A DNA stretch of 64,000 nt from Haplodiscus bocki (taxonomy: Eukaryota), in contig OZ296651.1 of the NCBI GenBank assembly GCA_965655095.1, forward strand, positions 45,818,001 through 45,882,000, given 5' to 3'. Every line of letters begins with the position of its first letter. Positions within the stretch are counted from its first letter, which is position 1. Positions 39,401 through 54,400 of this stretch are shown piece by piece. A model generated the notes under the pieces. It was not told where the DNA came from. It did not search any database and saw only the letters and a program-made list of their open reading frames with translations. Made by a program: the position numbers and the translations under genes.

Positions 39401-42400
39401 AAAGACACAGTTGAATTTTTACAATTGTAACAGACTTTTTAGTGCTGGAATAGTCTTTACATCTTGGGGGATGACAAAATTGAGACTAAAAATGCATCTG
39501 GACACGGAACAGGGTCATCGCCTCCTTCACACAATAAACATTGACCGGAAGCGGATAAGTATCGCCAGCAATAACAACTGAAAACGCAGAGCATGCCGTA
39601 TTTTTTATTAAAAGAATCCTTAATAATGCCAAAGGAGGCCACTGTTGTAGTTGACCTTTCAGAAAAACTTGAAGTTTGAGCCTACTATAAATGATTTGTC
39701 TTTTTTGAGGTGGACCTCTTTGTGTTTCAAGTACCACGATCATCGATTCCTTCGATATTGAGTTTCTCACTCAATATTTTGTATCTGTGATCGGATATCG
39801 CCTTTTCAAAACTTTGCAATTCCTTTTTTTGAAGTAGGTGTGGGATCTGATGTCACGGGTTCCAAACGTGCTGAGGTGCTCATGATCTCTCCCAACGATG
39901 AGTTTACTGCTCAATTCCGAACCGTCACGCAAGAAGTTTTTTATACCATGTGCACTGTGCCGAGGACCATTGAGTTTTCTATCGCTTTAAACTCGTGATC
40001 ATTTAGTGTTCGATGGGCGGCTCCTCAAACAAATACACTACCTTAGTAAGTAAGTTACCGGCTTGGCTACAAAATGTCAAAAGTATTGAGGTTAGTCGTT
40101 CACCCAACGCATTCTTCGTTGTTCTGGTTCAGTTTCTCCCGTGTCGTGATTTTAAACTTCGAATGTATTTAGAAGGGAATATCTGACAATATACTGGTGA
40201 GATCTTTAGTTCACACCCCAGGAACAGGGGTAATATCAAATTGGTAAAAAAATCTTTCTGGGGAGGAACTCACATACATATTGCTTGTTTTTTAAACAGG
40301 TTCGGTGGTAGTGCCGACTGTTCTCCCTGTCAGTTTTCTGAACATCGATTTTTCTGAGGGAATGTCTGGTAATATAGTTTTGAGATCTTCCGCCCTCACG
40401 CTAAGAACACAGATAATAACCGATGAGTTGGCAAACAGTCAATTCTTGGCGCCATTTTGTGTTGGATTGAAACTGTAGACGTGCGTGTAGTTGATACTTA
40501 CCCTTGCAAAATTTTTTTCAGTGTTGAATTTAAGACGGCCTAAACCATAATTGCAGTACTTTAGTTCAAATAGACAATACAGATAGAAGGGTTTTACAGA
40601 AAGCACAGATACAAGCAAAACTGAGGACTTTTGCTTAAAGTCTGAAAATCACTTTTTGTCATGTGTAGGTAAGTTTTCGGAAACCAATAACCCCGGTAAC
40701 GTGATTTGCAATTGACAAAGTGAGGCATAAGTCTCAGCGGGTCAAAAGCTATGTTTTTCATTCACTTCAACTGAAATATGTCGCTCCATAGGCGTCACAT
40801 TGTACATAGTGAACGCGTATGGGCAGCCGAGGATTTTAATGCTGTTGTTAGGTATCCATAAGGTCTCCACCAAACGAAAATAAGGCCAGTTTTTGTAGCA
40901 AAAACATGAAAAAAATGTTTTGAATCAATCACTTTTCGTGGCCGAAGAAATTACAAAGTTTCGAAAGTTTTCCCTAACTCCAATTAAAATGTCACAAATT
41001 ACTGTTTTTTGCTTGGCTGTGGCGATGTTGAACGAACTGATTTTGTTCTCTATGGAAAATGCTTTTTTATAGCGTTTCATGTCAAATTTCGGAAGTCCCA
41101 GATTTTGCGGTAAAAGTTGGTCATTTTTTTCGAACGTTCTACATTCTTCTTTGGTCCTGATCCCTTTTTAATCTGTACGTTTGCAGCAAACAGGTGCTCT
41201 TACGTGAAACCACCGCGACACGCTTGAAAATCACCTTGCTTGAAGATCATTCTCGACTTTATTTACAAAATTCAGAATAACCTTGGTCAAGGTCAGGTTG
41301 TCATAGACCTGCCTTATCTGACTCATTTCTCTCGTCTGGTTTTGTACTCTCCCTGATCATCCTTCTGTTTATCCATTTGTGTGGATGAGATTGGACCTGT
41401 GCTAAAAACTGCTGAAACTTGGAATTTGCGCAACGTATTGAGCCATTAATCTAGGCTTTTCTGAATCGTTTTTTTCCTCTGAGCCAACAATGGTGGCCGT
41501 TTCTGTGAATTCCTTTCCCTCTGCAAAGCATATTGTTTTCAACTGTTCCCTGGTTTTTTCTTTCTGCTCAACTAGGCCAACGTTTAGACTGAATTTTTCA
41601 TACTGATTCCTACTGTCTTCCGTTCAATGAAAGTCCATGGAACAATTTTTTGTCCGAAGGCGTTTTTCCAGATAACTGATGCCCCCGCAATTTTGAGAAA
41701 CGCGATTTTTTTGGATGACGAGTTCGACGCTTTGGAATACGCGCTGTACAAGTGACAGCGTAATATTACTGGATGTTATGCTGGTGGCGAATTGCTGTCG
41801 ACTAAAAAGGTTGGTACCGTCTATGGATTCAAAATGCGGTGAGAAAGACACAGTTGAATTTTTACAACAATTGTAACAGAGCTTTTTAGTGCTAGAATAG
41901 TCTTTACATCTTGGGGGATGACAAAATTGAGACTAAAAATGCATCTGGACACGGAACAGGGTCATCGCCTCCTTCACACAATAAACATTGACCGGAAGCG
42001 GATAAGTCTCGCCAGCAATAACAACTGAAAACGCAGAGCATGCCGTATTTTTTATTAAAAGAATCCTTAATAATGCCAAAGGAGGCCACTGTTGTAGTTG
42101 ACCTTTCAGAAAAACTTGAAGTTTGAGCCTACTATAAATGATTTGTCTTTTTTGAGGTGGACCTCTTTGTGTTTCAAGTACCACGATCATCGATTCCTTC
42201 GATATTGAGTTTCTCACTCAATATTTTGTATCTGTGATCGGATATCGCCTTTTCAAAACTTTGCAATTCCTTTTTTCGAAGTAGGTGTGGGATCTGATGT
42301 CACGGGTTCCAAACGTGCTGAGGTGCTCATGATCTCTCCCAACGATGATTTTACTGCTCAATTCCGAACCGTCACGCAAGAAGTTATTTATACCATGTGC

Positions 42401-45400
42401 ACTGTGCCGAGGACCATTGAGTTTTCTATCGCTTTAAACTCGTGATCATTTAGTGTTCGATGGGCGGCTCCTCAAACAAATACACTACCTTAGTAAGTCA
42501 GTTACCGGCTTGGCTACAAGATGTCAAAAGTATTGTGGTTAGTCGTTCACCCAACGCATTCTTCGTTGTTCCGATTCAGATTCTCCCGTGTTGTGATTTT
42601 AAACTTCGAATGTTTTTAGAAGGGATTATCTGACAATATACTGGCGAGATCTTTAGTTCACACCCCAGGAACACCGGTAATATCAAATTGGTGAAAAAAA
42701 TCTATTTCTGGGGAGGAACTCACTTACAAATTGCTTGTTTCTTAAACAGGTTCGGTGGTAGTACCGACTGTTTTCCCTGTCAGAATTATGAACATCGATT
42801 TTTCTGAGGGAATGTATGGTACTATACTTTGGAGATCTTCAGCCCTCACGCTAGGAACACAGATAATAGCCGATGAGTAGGCAAACAGTCATTTCTTGGC
42901 GCCATTTTGTTTTGAAATGAAACTGTGTAGACGTGCGTGTAGTTGATACTTACCCATACAAAATTTATTTCATTGTTGAAATTAAGACGGCCTAAACCAT
43001 AATCGCAGTACTTTAGTTCAAATAGACAATACAGATAGAAAAGTTTTACAAGAAGTACGGATTAACGCAAAACTGATGAATTTTGCTTAAAGTCTGAAAA
43101 TCACTTTTTGGCATTGTAGATAAGTTTTTGGAAACCAATAACCCCGCTAACGTGATTTGAAATTGACAAAGTGAGGCGTATGTCTCAGCGGAGTCAAAAG
43201 CTATGTTTTTCATTCACTTCAACTGAAATTTGTTGCTCCATAGGCGTCACATTGTACATAGTGAACGTGTATGGGCAGCCGAGCTTTTTAATGCTGTTGT
43301 TAGGTATCCATAAAGTCTCCACCAAACGAATATAAGGCCAGTTTTTGTAGCAAAAACATGAAAAAAATGTTTTGAATCAATCACTTTTCGTGGCCGAAGA
43401 AATTACAAAGTTTCGAAAGTTTTCCCTAACTCTAATTAAAATGTCACAAATTACTGTTTTTTGCTTGGCTGTGGCGACGCTGAACGAACTGATTTTGTTC
43501 TCTATGGAAAATGCTTTTTTATAGCGTTTCATGTCAAATTTCGGAAGTCCCAGATTTTGCGGTAAAAGTTGTTCATCATTTTCTTTCGAACGTTCTAAAT
43601 TCTTCTTTGGTCCTGATCCTTTTTTGATCTGTACTTTTGCTGCAAATAGGAGCTCTTACGTGAAACCACCGCGACACGCTTGAAAATCACCTTGCTTGAA
43701 GATCATTCTCGACTTTATTTACAAAATTCAGAATATCCTTGGTCAAGGTCAGGTTGTCGTAGACCTGCGTTATCTGACTCAATTCTCTCGTCTGGTTTTG
43801 TACTCTCCCCGATCATCCTTCTGTTTATCCTTTTGTGTGGATGATATTGGACCTGTGCAAAAAATTGCTGAAAGTTGGAATTTGGGCAACGTATTGAGCC
43901 ATTAATCTAGGCTTTTCTGAATCGTTTCTTTACTCTGAGCCAACAATGGTGGCCGTTTCTGTAAATTCCTTTCCCTCTGCAAAGCATCTTGTTTTCAACT
44001 GATCCCTGGTTTTTCCTTCCTGCTCAACTAGGCCAATGTTTAGACTCCATTTTTCAACTGATTCCTACTGTTTTCCGTTCAATGAAAGTCCATGGAATAA
44101 TTTTTTGTCCGGAAGCGTTTTTCCAGATAACTGATGTCCCCGCCATTTTGAGAAACGCGATTTTTGTGGATGACGAGTTCGACGCTTTGGAATAAGCGCT
44201 GTACAAGTGACAGCGTAATAATGCTGGATGTTATGCTGGTGGCGAATTGCTGTCGACTAACAAGGTTGGTACCCTCTATGGATTCAAAATGCGGTCAGAA
44301 AGACACAGTTGATTTTTTACAACAATTGTAACAGGGCTTTTCAGTGCTAAAATAGTTTTTACATCTTGGGGGATGACAAAATTGAGACTAAAACTACATC
44401 TGGACACGGAACAGGGTCATCGCTTCCTTCACACAATAAACATTGAACGGAAGCGGATAAGTCTCGCCAGCAATAACAACTGATAACGCAGAGCATGCCG
44501 TATTTTTTATTAAAAGAATCCTTAATAATGCCAAAGGAGGCCACTGTTGTAGTTGACCTTTCAGAAAAACTTGAAGTTTGAGCCTACTATAAATGATTTG
44601 TCTTTTTTGAGGTGGACCTCTTTGTGTTTCAAGTACCACGATCATCGATTCCTTCGATATTGAGTTTCTCACTCAATATTTTGTATCTGTGATCGGATAT
44701 CGACTTTTCAAAACTTTGCAATTCCTTTTTTCGAAGTATGCGTGGGATCTGATGTCATTTCGCGGGTTCCAAACGTGCTGAGGTGCTCATGATCTCTCCC
44801 AACGATGAGTTTACTGCTCAATTCCGAACCGTCACGCAAGAAGATATTTATACCATGTGCACTGTGCCGAGGACCATTGAGTTTTCTATCGCTTTAAACT
44901 CGTGATCATTTAGTGTTCGATGGGCGGCTCCTCAAACAAATACACTACCTTAGTAAGTCAGTTACCGGCTTGGCCCCAAGATGTCAAAAGTATTGTGGTT
45001 AGTCGTTCACCCAACGCATTCTTCGTTGTTCCGGTTCAGATTCTCCCGTGTCGTGATTTTAAACTTCGAATGTTTTTAGAAGGGATTATCTGACAATATA
45101 CTGGCGAGATCTTTAGTTCACACCCCAGGAACACCGGTAATATCAAATTGGTAAAAAAATCTATTTCTGGGGAGGAACTCTCATACAAATTGCTTGTTTC
45201 TTAAACAGGTTCGGTGGTAGTACCGACTGTTTTCCCTGTCAGAATTACGAACATCGATTTTTCTGAGGGAATGTATGGTACTATACTTTGGAGATCTTGA
45301 GCCCTCACGCTAGGAACACAGATAATAGCCGATGAGTAGGCAAACAGTCATTTCTTGGCGCCCTTTTGTTTTGAAATGAAACTGTGTAGACGTGCGTGTA

Positions 45401-48400
45401 GTTGATACTTACCCATACAAAATTTATTTCATTGTTGAAATTAAGACGGCCTAAACCATAATCGCAGTACTTTAGTTCAAATAGACAATACAGATAGAAA
45501 AGTTTTACAAGAAGTACGGATTAACGCAAAACTGATGAATTTTGCTTAAAGTCTGAAAATCACTTTTTGGCATTGTAGATAAGTTTTTGGAAACCAATAA
45601 CCCCGCTAACGTGATTTGAAATTGACAAAGTGAGGCGTATGTCTCAGCGGAGTCAAAAGCTATGTTTTTCATTCACTTCAACTGAAATTTGTTGCTCCAT
45701 AGGCGTCACATTGTACATAGTGAACGTGTATGGGCAGCCGAGCTTTTTAATGCTGTTGTTAGGTATCCATAAAGTCTCCACCAAACGAATATAAGGCCAG
45801 TTTTTGTAGCAAAAACATGAAAAAAATGTTTTGAATCAATCACTTTTCGTGGCCGAAGAAATTACAAAGTTTCGAAAGTTTTCCCTAACTCTAATTAAAA
45901 TGTCACAAATTACTGTTTTTTGCTTGGCTGTGGCGGCGCTGAACGAACTGATTTTGTTCTCTATGGAAAATGCTTTTTTATAGCGTTTCATGTCAAATTT
46001 CGGAAGTCCCAGATTTTGCGGTAAAAGTTGGTTATCATTTTTTTTCGAACGTTCTACATTCTTCTGTGGTCCTGATCCTTTTTTAATCTGTACTTTTGCT
46101 GCAAATAGGAGCTCTTACGTGAAACCACCGCGACACGCTTGAAAATCACCTTGCTTGAAGATCATTCTCGACTTTATTTACAAAATTCAGAATATCCTTG
46201 GTCAAGGTCAGGTTGTCGTGGACCTGCCTTATCTGATTCATTTCTCTCGTCTGGTTTTGTACTCTCCCTGATCATCCTTCTGTTTATCCTTTTGTGTGGA
46301 TGATATTAGACCTGTGCTAAAAATTGCTGAGAGTTGGAATTTGGGCAAGGTATTGAGCCATTAATCTAGGCTTTTCTGAATCGTTTCTTTACTCTGAGCC
46401 AACAATGGTGGCCGTTTCTGTAAATTCCTTTCCCTCTGCAAAGCATCTTGTTTTCAAATGATCCTTGGTTTTTCCTTCCTGCTCAACTAGGCCAATGTTT
46501 AGACTCCATTTTTCAACTGATTCCTACTGTTTTCCGTTCAATGAAAGTCCATGGAATAATTTTTTGTCCGGAAGCGTTTTTCCAGATAACTGATGTCCCC
46601 GCCATTTTGAGAAACGCGATTTTTGTGGATGACGAGTTCGACGCTTTGGAATAAGCGCTGTACAAGTGACAGCGTAATAATGCTGGATGTTATGCTGGTG
46701 GCGAATTGCTGTCGACTAACAAGGTTGGTACCCTCTATGGATTCGAAGTGCGGTCAGAAAGACACAGTTGATTTTTTACAACAATTGTAACAGGGCTTTT
46801 CAGTGCTAAAATAGTTTTTACATCTTGGGGGATGACAAAATTGAGACTAAAACTACATCTGGACACGGAACAGGGTCATCGCTTCCTTCACACAATAAAC
46901 ATTGAACGGAAGCGGATAAGTCTCGCCAGCAATAACAACTGATAACGCAGAGCATGCCGTATTTTTTATTAAAAGAATCCTTAATAATGCCAAAGGAGGC
47001 CACTGTTGTAGTTGACCTTTCAGAAAAACTTGAAGTTTGAGCCTACTATAAATGATTTGTCTTTTTTGAGGTGGACCTCTTTGTGTTTCAAGTACCACGA
47101 TCACCGATTCCTTCGATATTGAGTTTCTCACTCAATATTTTGTATCTGTGATCGGATATCGCCTTTTCAAAACTTTGCAATTCCTTTTTTCGAAGTATGC
47201 GTGGGATCTGATGTCATTTCGCGGGTTCCAAACGTGCTGAGGTGCTCATGATCTCTCCCAACGATGAGTTTACTGCTCAACTCCGAACCGTCACGCAAGA
47301 AGATATTTATACCATGTGCACTGTACCGAGGACCATTGAGTTTTCTATCGCTTTAAACTCGTGATCATTTAGTGTTCGATGGGCGGCTCCTCAAACAAAT
47401 ACACTACCTTAGTAAGTCAGTTACCGGCTTGGCTACAAGATGTCAAAAGTATTGAGGTTAGTCGTTCACCCAGCGCATTCTTCGTTGTTCTGGTTCAGTT
47501 TCTCCCGTGTCGTGATTTTAAACTTCGAATGTATTTAGAAGGGAATATCTGACAATATACTGGTGAGATCTTTAGTTCACACCCCAGGAACAGCGGTAAT
47601 ATCAAATTGGTAAAAAAATCAATTTCTGGGGAGGAACTCTCATACAAATTGCTTGTTTTTTAAACAGGTTCGGTGGTAGTGCCGACTGTTTTCCCTGTCA
47701 GATTTCTGAACATCGATTTTTCTGAGGGAATGTCTGGTAATATAGTTTTGAGATCTTCCGCCCTCACGCTAGGAACACAGATAATAACCGATGAGTTGGC
47801 AAACAGTCAATTGTTGGCGCCGTTTTGTTTTGGATTGAAACTGTGTAGACGTGCGTGTAGTTGATACTTACCCATGCAAAATTTTTTTCAGTGTTGAATT
47901 TAAGACGGCCTAAACCATAATTGCAGTACTTTAGTTCAAATAGACAATATAGATAGAAAAGTTTTACAGAAAGCACAGATATACGCAAAACTGATGAGTT
48001 TTGCTTAAAGTCTGAAAATCACTTTTTGGCATGTGTAGATAAGTTTTTGGAAACCAATAACCCCGGTAACGTGATTTGCAATTGACAAAGTGAGGCATAT
48101 GTTTCAGCGGAGTCAAAAGCTATGTTTTTCATTCACTTCAACTGAATTTTGTCGCTCCATAGGCGTCACATTGTACATAGTGAACGTGTATGGGCAGCCG
48201 AGGTTTTTAATGCTGTTGTTAGGTACCCATAAAGTCTCTACCAAACGAAAATAAGGCCAGTTTTTGTACCAAAAACATAAAAAACTGTTTTGAATCAATC
48301 ACTTTTCGTGACCGGAGAAATTACAAAGTTTCGAAAGTTTTCCCTATCTCTAATTAAAATGTCACAAATTACTATTTTGCTTGACTGTGCCGATGTTGAA

Positions 48401-51400
48401 CGAATTGATGTTGTTCTCTATGGAAAATGCTTTTTTATAGCGTTTCATGCCAAATTTCGAAAGTCCCAGGTTTTTGCGGTGAAAGTTGGTCATTTTTTTC
48501 GAACGTTCTACATTCTTCTTTGGTCCTGATCTTTTTTTCAATCTGTACTTTTGCAGCAAATAGGAGCTCTCACGTGGAACCACTGCGACACGGTTGAAAA
48601 TCACATTGCTTGAATGTCACTTCTCGGCTTTATTTACCAAATTCAGAATATCATTGATCAAGGTCAGGTTGTCGTAGACCTGCGTTATCTGACTCAATTC
48701 TCTCGTCTGGTTTTGTACTCTCCCCGATCATCCTTCTGTTTATCCTTTTGTGTGGATGATATTGGACCTGTGCAAAAAATTGCTGAAAGTTGGAATTTGG
48801 GCAACGTATTGAGCCATTAATCTAGGCTTTTCTGAATCGTTTCTTTACTCTGAGCCAACAATGGTGGCCGTTTCTGTAAATTCCTTTCCCTCTGCAAAGC
48901 ATCTTGTTTTCAACTGATCCCTGGTTTTTCCTTCCTGCTCAACTAGGCCAATGTTTAGACTCCATTTTTCAACTGATTCCTACTGTTTTCCGTTCAATGA
49001 AAGTCCATGGAATAATTTTTTGTCCGGAAGCGTTTTTCCAGATAACTGATGTCCCCGCCATTTTGAGAAACGCGATTTTTGTGGATGACGAGTTCGACGC
49101 TTTGGAATAAGCGCTGTACAAGTGACAGCGTAATAATGCTGGATGTTATGCTGGTGGCGAATTGCTGTCGACTAACAAGGTTGGTACCCTCTATGGATTC
49201 AAAATGCGGTCAGAAAGACACAGTTGATTTTTTACAACAATTGTAACAGGGCTTTTCAGTGCTAAAATAGTTTTTACATCTTGGGGGATGACAAAATTGA
49301 GACTAAAACTACATCTGGACACGGAACAGGGTCATCGCTTCCTTCACACAATAAACATTGAACGGAAGCGGATAAGTCTCGCCAGCAATAACAACTGATA
49401 ACGCAGAGCATGCCGTATTTTTTATTAAAAGAATCCTTAATAATGCCAAAGGAGGCCACTGTTGTAGTTGACCTTTCAGAAAAACTTGAAGTTTGAGCCT
49501 ACTATAAATGATTTGTCTTTTTTGAGGGGGACCTCTTTGTGTTTCAAGTACCACGATCATCGATTCCTTCGATATTGAGTTTCTCACTCAATATTTTGTA
49601 TCTGTGATCGGATATCGCCTTTTCAAAACTTTGCAATTCCTTTTTTCGAAGTATGCGTGGGATCTGATGTCATTTCGCGGGTTCCAAACGTGCTGAGGTG
49701 CTCATGATCTCTCCCAACGATGAGTTTACTGCTCAATTCCGAACCGTCACGCAAGAAGATATTTATACCATGTGCACTGTGCCGAGGACCATTGAGTTTT
49801 CTATCGCTTTAAACTCGTGATCATTTAGTGTCCGATGGGCGGCTCCTCAAACAAATACACTACCTTAGTAAGTCAGTTACCGGCTTGGCCCCAAGATGTC
49901 AAAAGTATTGTGGTTAGTCGTTCACCCAACGCATTCTTCGTTGTTCCGATTCAGATTCTCCCGTGTTGTGGTTTTAAACTTCGAATGTTTTTAGAAGGGA
50001 TTATCTGACAATATACTGGCGAGATCTTTAGTTCACACCCCAGGAACACCGGTAATATCAAATTGGTAAAAAAAATCTATTTCTGGGGAGGAACTCACTT
50101 ACAAATTGCTTGTTTCTTAAACAGGTTCGGTGGTAGTACCGACTGTTTTCCCTGTCAGAATTATGAACATCGATTTTTCTGAGGGAATGTATGGTACTAT
50201 ACTTTGGAGATCTTCAGCCCTCACGCTAGGAACACAGATAATAGCCGATGAGTAGGCAAACAGTCATTTCTTGGCGCCATTTTGTTTTGAAATGAAACTG
50301 TGTAGACGTGCGTGTAGTTGATACTTACCCATACAAAATTTTTTTCATTGTTGAAATTAAGACGGCCTAAACCATAATCGCAGTACTTTAGTTCAAATAG
50401 ACAATATAGATAGAAAAGTTTTACAGAAAGCACAGATATACGCAAAACTGATGAGTTTTGCTTAAAGTCTGAAAATCACTTTTTGGCATGTGTAGATAAG
50501 TTTTTGGAAACCAATAACCCCGGTAACGTGATTTGCAATTGACAAAGTGAGGCATATGTTTCAGCGGAGTCAAAAGCTATGTTTTTCATTCACTTCAACT
50601 GAATTTTGTTGCTCCATAGGCGTCACATTGTACATAGTGAACGTGTATGGGCAGCCGAGGTTTTTAATGCTGTTGTTAGGTACCCATAAAGTCTCTACCA
50701 AACGAAAATAAGGCCAGTTTTTGTACCAAAAACATAAAAAACTGTTTTGAATCAATCACTTTTCGTGACCGGAGAAATTACAAAGTTTCGAAAGTTTTCC
50801 CTATCTCTAATTAAAATGTCACAAATTACTATTTTGCTTGACTGTGCCGATGTTGAACGAATTGATGTTGTTCTCTATGGAAAATGCTTTTTTATAGCGT
50901 TTCATGCCAAATTTCGAAAGTCCCAGGTTTTTGCGGTGAAAGTTGGTCATTTTTTTCGAACGTTCTACATTCTTCTTTGGTCCTGATCTTTTTTTCAATC
51001 TGTACTTTTGCAGCAAATAGGAGCTCTCACGTGGAACCACTGCGACACGGTTGAAAATCACATTGCTTGAATGTCACTTCTCGGCTTTATTTACCAAATT
51101 CAGAATATCATTGATCAAGGTCAGGTTGTCGTAGACCTGCGTTATCTGACTCAATTCTCTCGTCTGGTTTTTTACTCTCCCTGATCATCCTTCTGTTTAT
51201 CCTTTTGTGTGGATGATATTGGACCTGTGCAAAAAATTGCTGAAAGTTGGAATTTGGGCAACGTATTGAGCCATTAATCTAGGCTTTTCTGAATCGTTTC
51301 TTTACTCTGAGCCAACAATGGTGGCCGTTTCTGTAAATTCCTTTCCCTCTGCAAAGCATCTTGTTTTCAACTGATCCCTGGTTTTTCCTTCCTGCTCAAC

Positions 51401-54400
51401 TAGGCCAATGTTTAGACTCCATTTTTCAACTGATTCCTACTGTTTTCCGTTCAATGAAAGTCCATGGAATAATTTTTTGTCCGGAAGCGTTTTTCCAGAT
51501 AACTGATGTCCCCGCCATTTTGAGAAACGCGATTTTTGTGGATGACGAGTTCGACGCTTTGGAATAAGCGCTGTACAAGTGACAGCGTAATAATGCTGGA
51601 TGTTATGCTGGTGGCGAATTGCTGTCGACTAACAAGGTTGGTACCCTCTATGGATTCGAAGTGCGGTCAGAAAGACACAGTTGATTTTTTACAACAATTG
51701 TAACAGGGCTTTTCAGTGCTAAAATAGTTTTTACATCTTGGGGGATGACAAAATTGAGACTAAAACTACATCTGGACACGGAACAGGGTCATCGCTTCCT
51801 TCACACAATAAACATTGAACGGAAGCGGATAAGTCTCGCCAGCAATAACAACTGATAACGCAGAGCATGCCGTATTTTTTATTAAAAGAATCCTTAATAA
51901 TGCCAAAGGAGGCCACTGTTGTAGTTGACCTTTCAGAAAAACTTGAAGTTTGAGCCTACTATAAATGATTTGTCTTTTTTGAGGTGGACCTCTTTGTGTT
52001 TCAAGTACCACGATCATCGATTCCTTAGATATTGAGTTTCTCACTCAATATTTTGTATCTGTGATCGGATATCGCCTTTTCAAAACTTTGCAATTCCTTT
52101 TTTCGAAGTATGCGTGGGATCTGATGTCATTTCGCGGGTTCCAAACGTGCTGATGTGCTCATGATCTCTCCCAACGATGAGTTTACTGCTCAATTCCGAA
52201 CCGTCAGGCAAGAAGATATTTATACCATGTGCACTGTGCCGAGGACCATTGAGTTTTCTATCGCTTTAAACTCGTGATCATTTAGTGTTTGATGGGCGGC
52301 TCCTCAAACAAATACACTACCTTAGTAAGTCAGTTACCGGCTTGGCCCCAAGATGTCAAAAGTATTGTGGTTAGTCGTTCACCCAACGCATTCTTCGTTG
52401 TTCCGGTTCAGATTCTCCCGTGTCGTGATTTTAAACTTCGAATGTTTTTAGAAGGGATTATCTGACAATATACTGGCGAGATCTTTAGTTCACACCCCAG
52501 GAACACCGGTAATATCAAATTGGTAAAAAAATCTATTTCTGGGGAGGAACTCACTTACAAATTGCTTGTTTCTTAAACAGGTTCGGTGGTAGTACCGACT
52601 GTTTTCCCTGTCAGAATTATGAACATCGATTTTTCTGAGGGAATGTATGGTACTATACTTTGGAGATCTTCAGCCCTCACGCTAGGAACACAGATAATAG
52701 CCGATGAGTAGGCAAACAGTCATTTCTTGGCGCCATTTTGTTTTGAAATGAAACTGTGTAGACGTGCGTGTAGTTGATACTTACCCATACAAAATTTATT
52801 TCAGTGTTGAAATTAAGACGGCCTAAACCATAATCGCAGTACTTTAGTTCAAATAGACAATACAGATAGAAAAGTTTTACAAGAAGTACGGATTAACGCA
52901 AAACTGATGAATTTTGCTTAAAGTCTGAAAATCACTTTTTGGCATTGTAGGTAAGTTTTTGGAAACCAATAACCCCGCTAACGTGATTTGAAATTGACAA
53001 AGTGAGGCGTATGTCTCAGCGGAGTCAAAAGCTATGTTTTTCATTCACTTCAACTGAAATTTGTTGCTCCATAGGCGTCACATTGTACATAGTGAACGTG
53101 TATGGGCAGCCGAGCTTTTTAATGCTGTTGTTAGGTATCCATAAAGTCTCCACCAAACGAATATAAGGCCAGTTTTTGTAGCAAAAACATGAAAAAATGT
53201 TTTGAATCAATCACTTTTCGTGGCCGAAGAAATTACAAAGTTTCGAAAGTCTTCCCTAACTCTAATTAAAATGTCACAAATTACTGTTTTTTGCTTGGCT
53301 GTGGCGACGCTGAACGAACTGATTTTGTTCTCTATGGAAAATGCTTTTTTATAGCGTTTCATGTCAAATTTCGGAAGTCCCAGATTTTGCGGTAAAAGTT
53401 GTTCATCATTTTCTTTCGAACGTTCTAAATTCTTCTTTGGTCCTGATCCTTTTTTGATCTGTACTTTTGCTGCAAATAGGAGCTCTTACGTGAAACCACC
53501 GCGACACGCTTGAAAATCAACTTGCTTGAAGATCATTCTCAACTTTATTTACAAAATTCAGAATATTCTTGGTCAAGGTCAGGTTGTCGTGGACCTGCCT
53601 TATCTGACTCATTTCTCTCGTCTGGTTTTGTACTCTCCCTGATCATCCTTCTGTTTATCCATTTGTGTGGATGAAATTGGACCTGTGCTAAAAACTGCTG
53701 AAACTTGGAATTTGCGCAACGTATTGAGCCATTAACCTAGGTTTTTCTGAATCGTTTCTTTACTCTGAGCCAAAAATGGTGTCCGTTTCTGTGAATTCCT
53801 TTCCCTCTGCAAAGCATCTTGTTTTCAACTGTTCCCTGGTTTTCTCTTTCTACTCAACTAGGCCAATGTTTAGACTTAATTTTTCAACTGATTCCTACTG
53901 TTTTCCGTTCAATGAAAGTCCGTGGAAAATTTTTTGTCCGAAGGCGTTTTTCCAGATAACTGAAGGCCCCGCACTTTAGAGAAACGCGCTTTCATTGGAT
54001 GAGGTGTTGGACGCTTTGGAATACGCGATGTACAAGTGACAGCGTAATAATGCTGGATGTTATGCTGGTGGCGAATTGCTGTCGACTAACAAGGTTGGTA
54101 CCCTCTATGGATTCGAAGTGCGGTCAGAAAGACACAGTTGATTTTTTACAACAATTGTAACAGGGCTTTTCGGTGCTAAAATAGTTTTTACATCTTGGGG
54201 GATGACAAAATTGAGACTAAAACTACATCTGGACACGGAACAGGGTCATCGCTTCCTTCACACAATAAACATTGAACGGAAGCGGATAAGTCTCGCCAGC
54301 AATAACAACTGATAACGCAGAGCATGCCGTATTTTTTATTAAAAGAATCCTTAATAATGCCAAAGGAGGCCACTGTTGTAGTTGACCTTTCAGAAAAACT